DNA of 64,000 nucleotides from Patella caerulea (Eukaryota): NCBI GenBank assembly GCA_036850965.1, contig JAZGQO010000009.1, positions 353,610 to 417,609 of the forward strand, read 5' to 3'. Shown piece by piece: positions 63,997 to 64,000 of this stretch (position 1 is its first letter; each line of letters starts with the position of its first letter). The notes under the pieces were generated by a model. It saw only the letters and a program-made list of their open reading frames with translations, ran no database searches and was not told where the DNA came from. The position numbers and the translations under genes were made by a program.

Positions 63997-64000
63997 TAAA

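Larger units (their letters stand above)
57457..64000 (-). mobile_element. Env-encoding Ty3/gypsy-like LTR retrotransposon (errantivirus-like provirus), 3' two-thirds; 5' LTR, gag and protease lie beyond the window end
   Basis: Minus-strand order pol (RT-RNaseH-IN), then env, then polypurine tract, then LTR. The LTR is homologous to the 447-bp LTRs at 2126-2572 and 5110-5556. Domain order RT-RH-IN is the Ty3/gypsy (Metaviridae) arrangement; a third ORF with class-I fusion-protein features is the errantivirus arrangement. Confidence 0.85.

Overview
The window is eukaryotic, not prokaryotic. It is AT-rich, packed with satellites, SINEs and transposons, and has no long host ORFs; I found no operon-like system. 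I read it as a gene-poor, repeat-dense (possibly heterochromatic) stretch of an invertebrate metazoan genome. The main content is mobile DNA.

1. **Env-bearing Ty3/gypsy provirus, 57457-64000, minus strand.** It looks like an errantivirus (endogenous retrovirus). pol (RT, RNase H, integrase) is intact except for one in-frame TGA, followed by an intact 647-aa env with baculovirus-F/gypsy-Env architecture and a 3' LTR. The 5' LTR, gag and protease lie past the window end.
2. **Non-autonomous derivative of the same family, 2126-5556, plus strand.** It has two 100%-identical 447-bp LTRs (TG...CA), a 4-bp CTAA target-site duplication and a polypurine tract. It keeps only the last 33 codons of env.
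3. **Two Tc1/mariner-like elements.** One at 55364-56888 has a frameshifted transposase. One at about 9410-10415 has 62-bp TIRs and keeps only the N-terminal helix-turn-helix region.
4. **A TA-flanked MITE, 18142-18568.**
5. **A tRNA-derived SINE family** with a conserved GTGGACGTTAAACCCCATTTC(TC)n tail, present in at least seven copies.
6. **A TIR-bounded element family** whose termini are the reverse complement of that SINE tail, with a tRNA-like B-box in the interior (50887-51315 and 26160-26795).
7. **Other dispersed repeat families** in several copies.
8. **Two satellite arrays.** A roughly 205-bp satellite at 14860-17880 switches orientation head-to-head at about 16688. A 146-bp satellite at 37085-38760 is seeded by (GT)n.
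9. **Several minisatellites.**
10. **A 4.4-kb block of near-identical units arranged + + - -, 30574-34990.**

The ORFs in the track outside the TEs are repeat-derived or spurious. I could not identify the organism from sequence alone.
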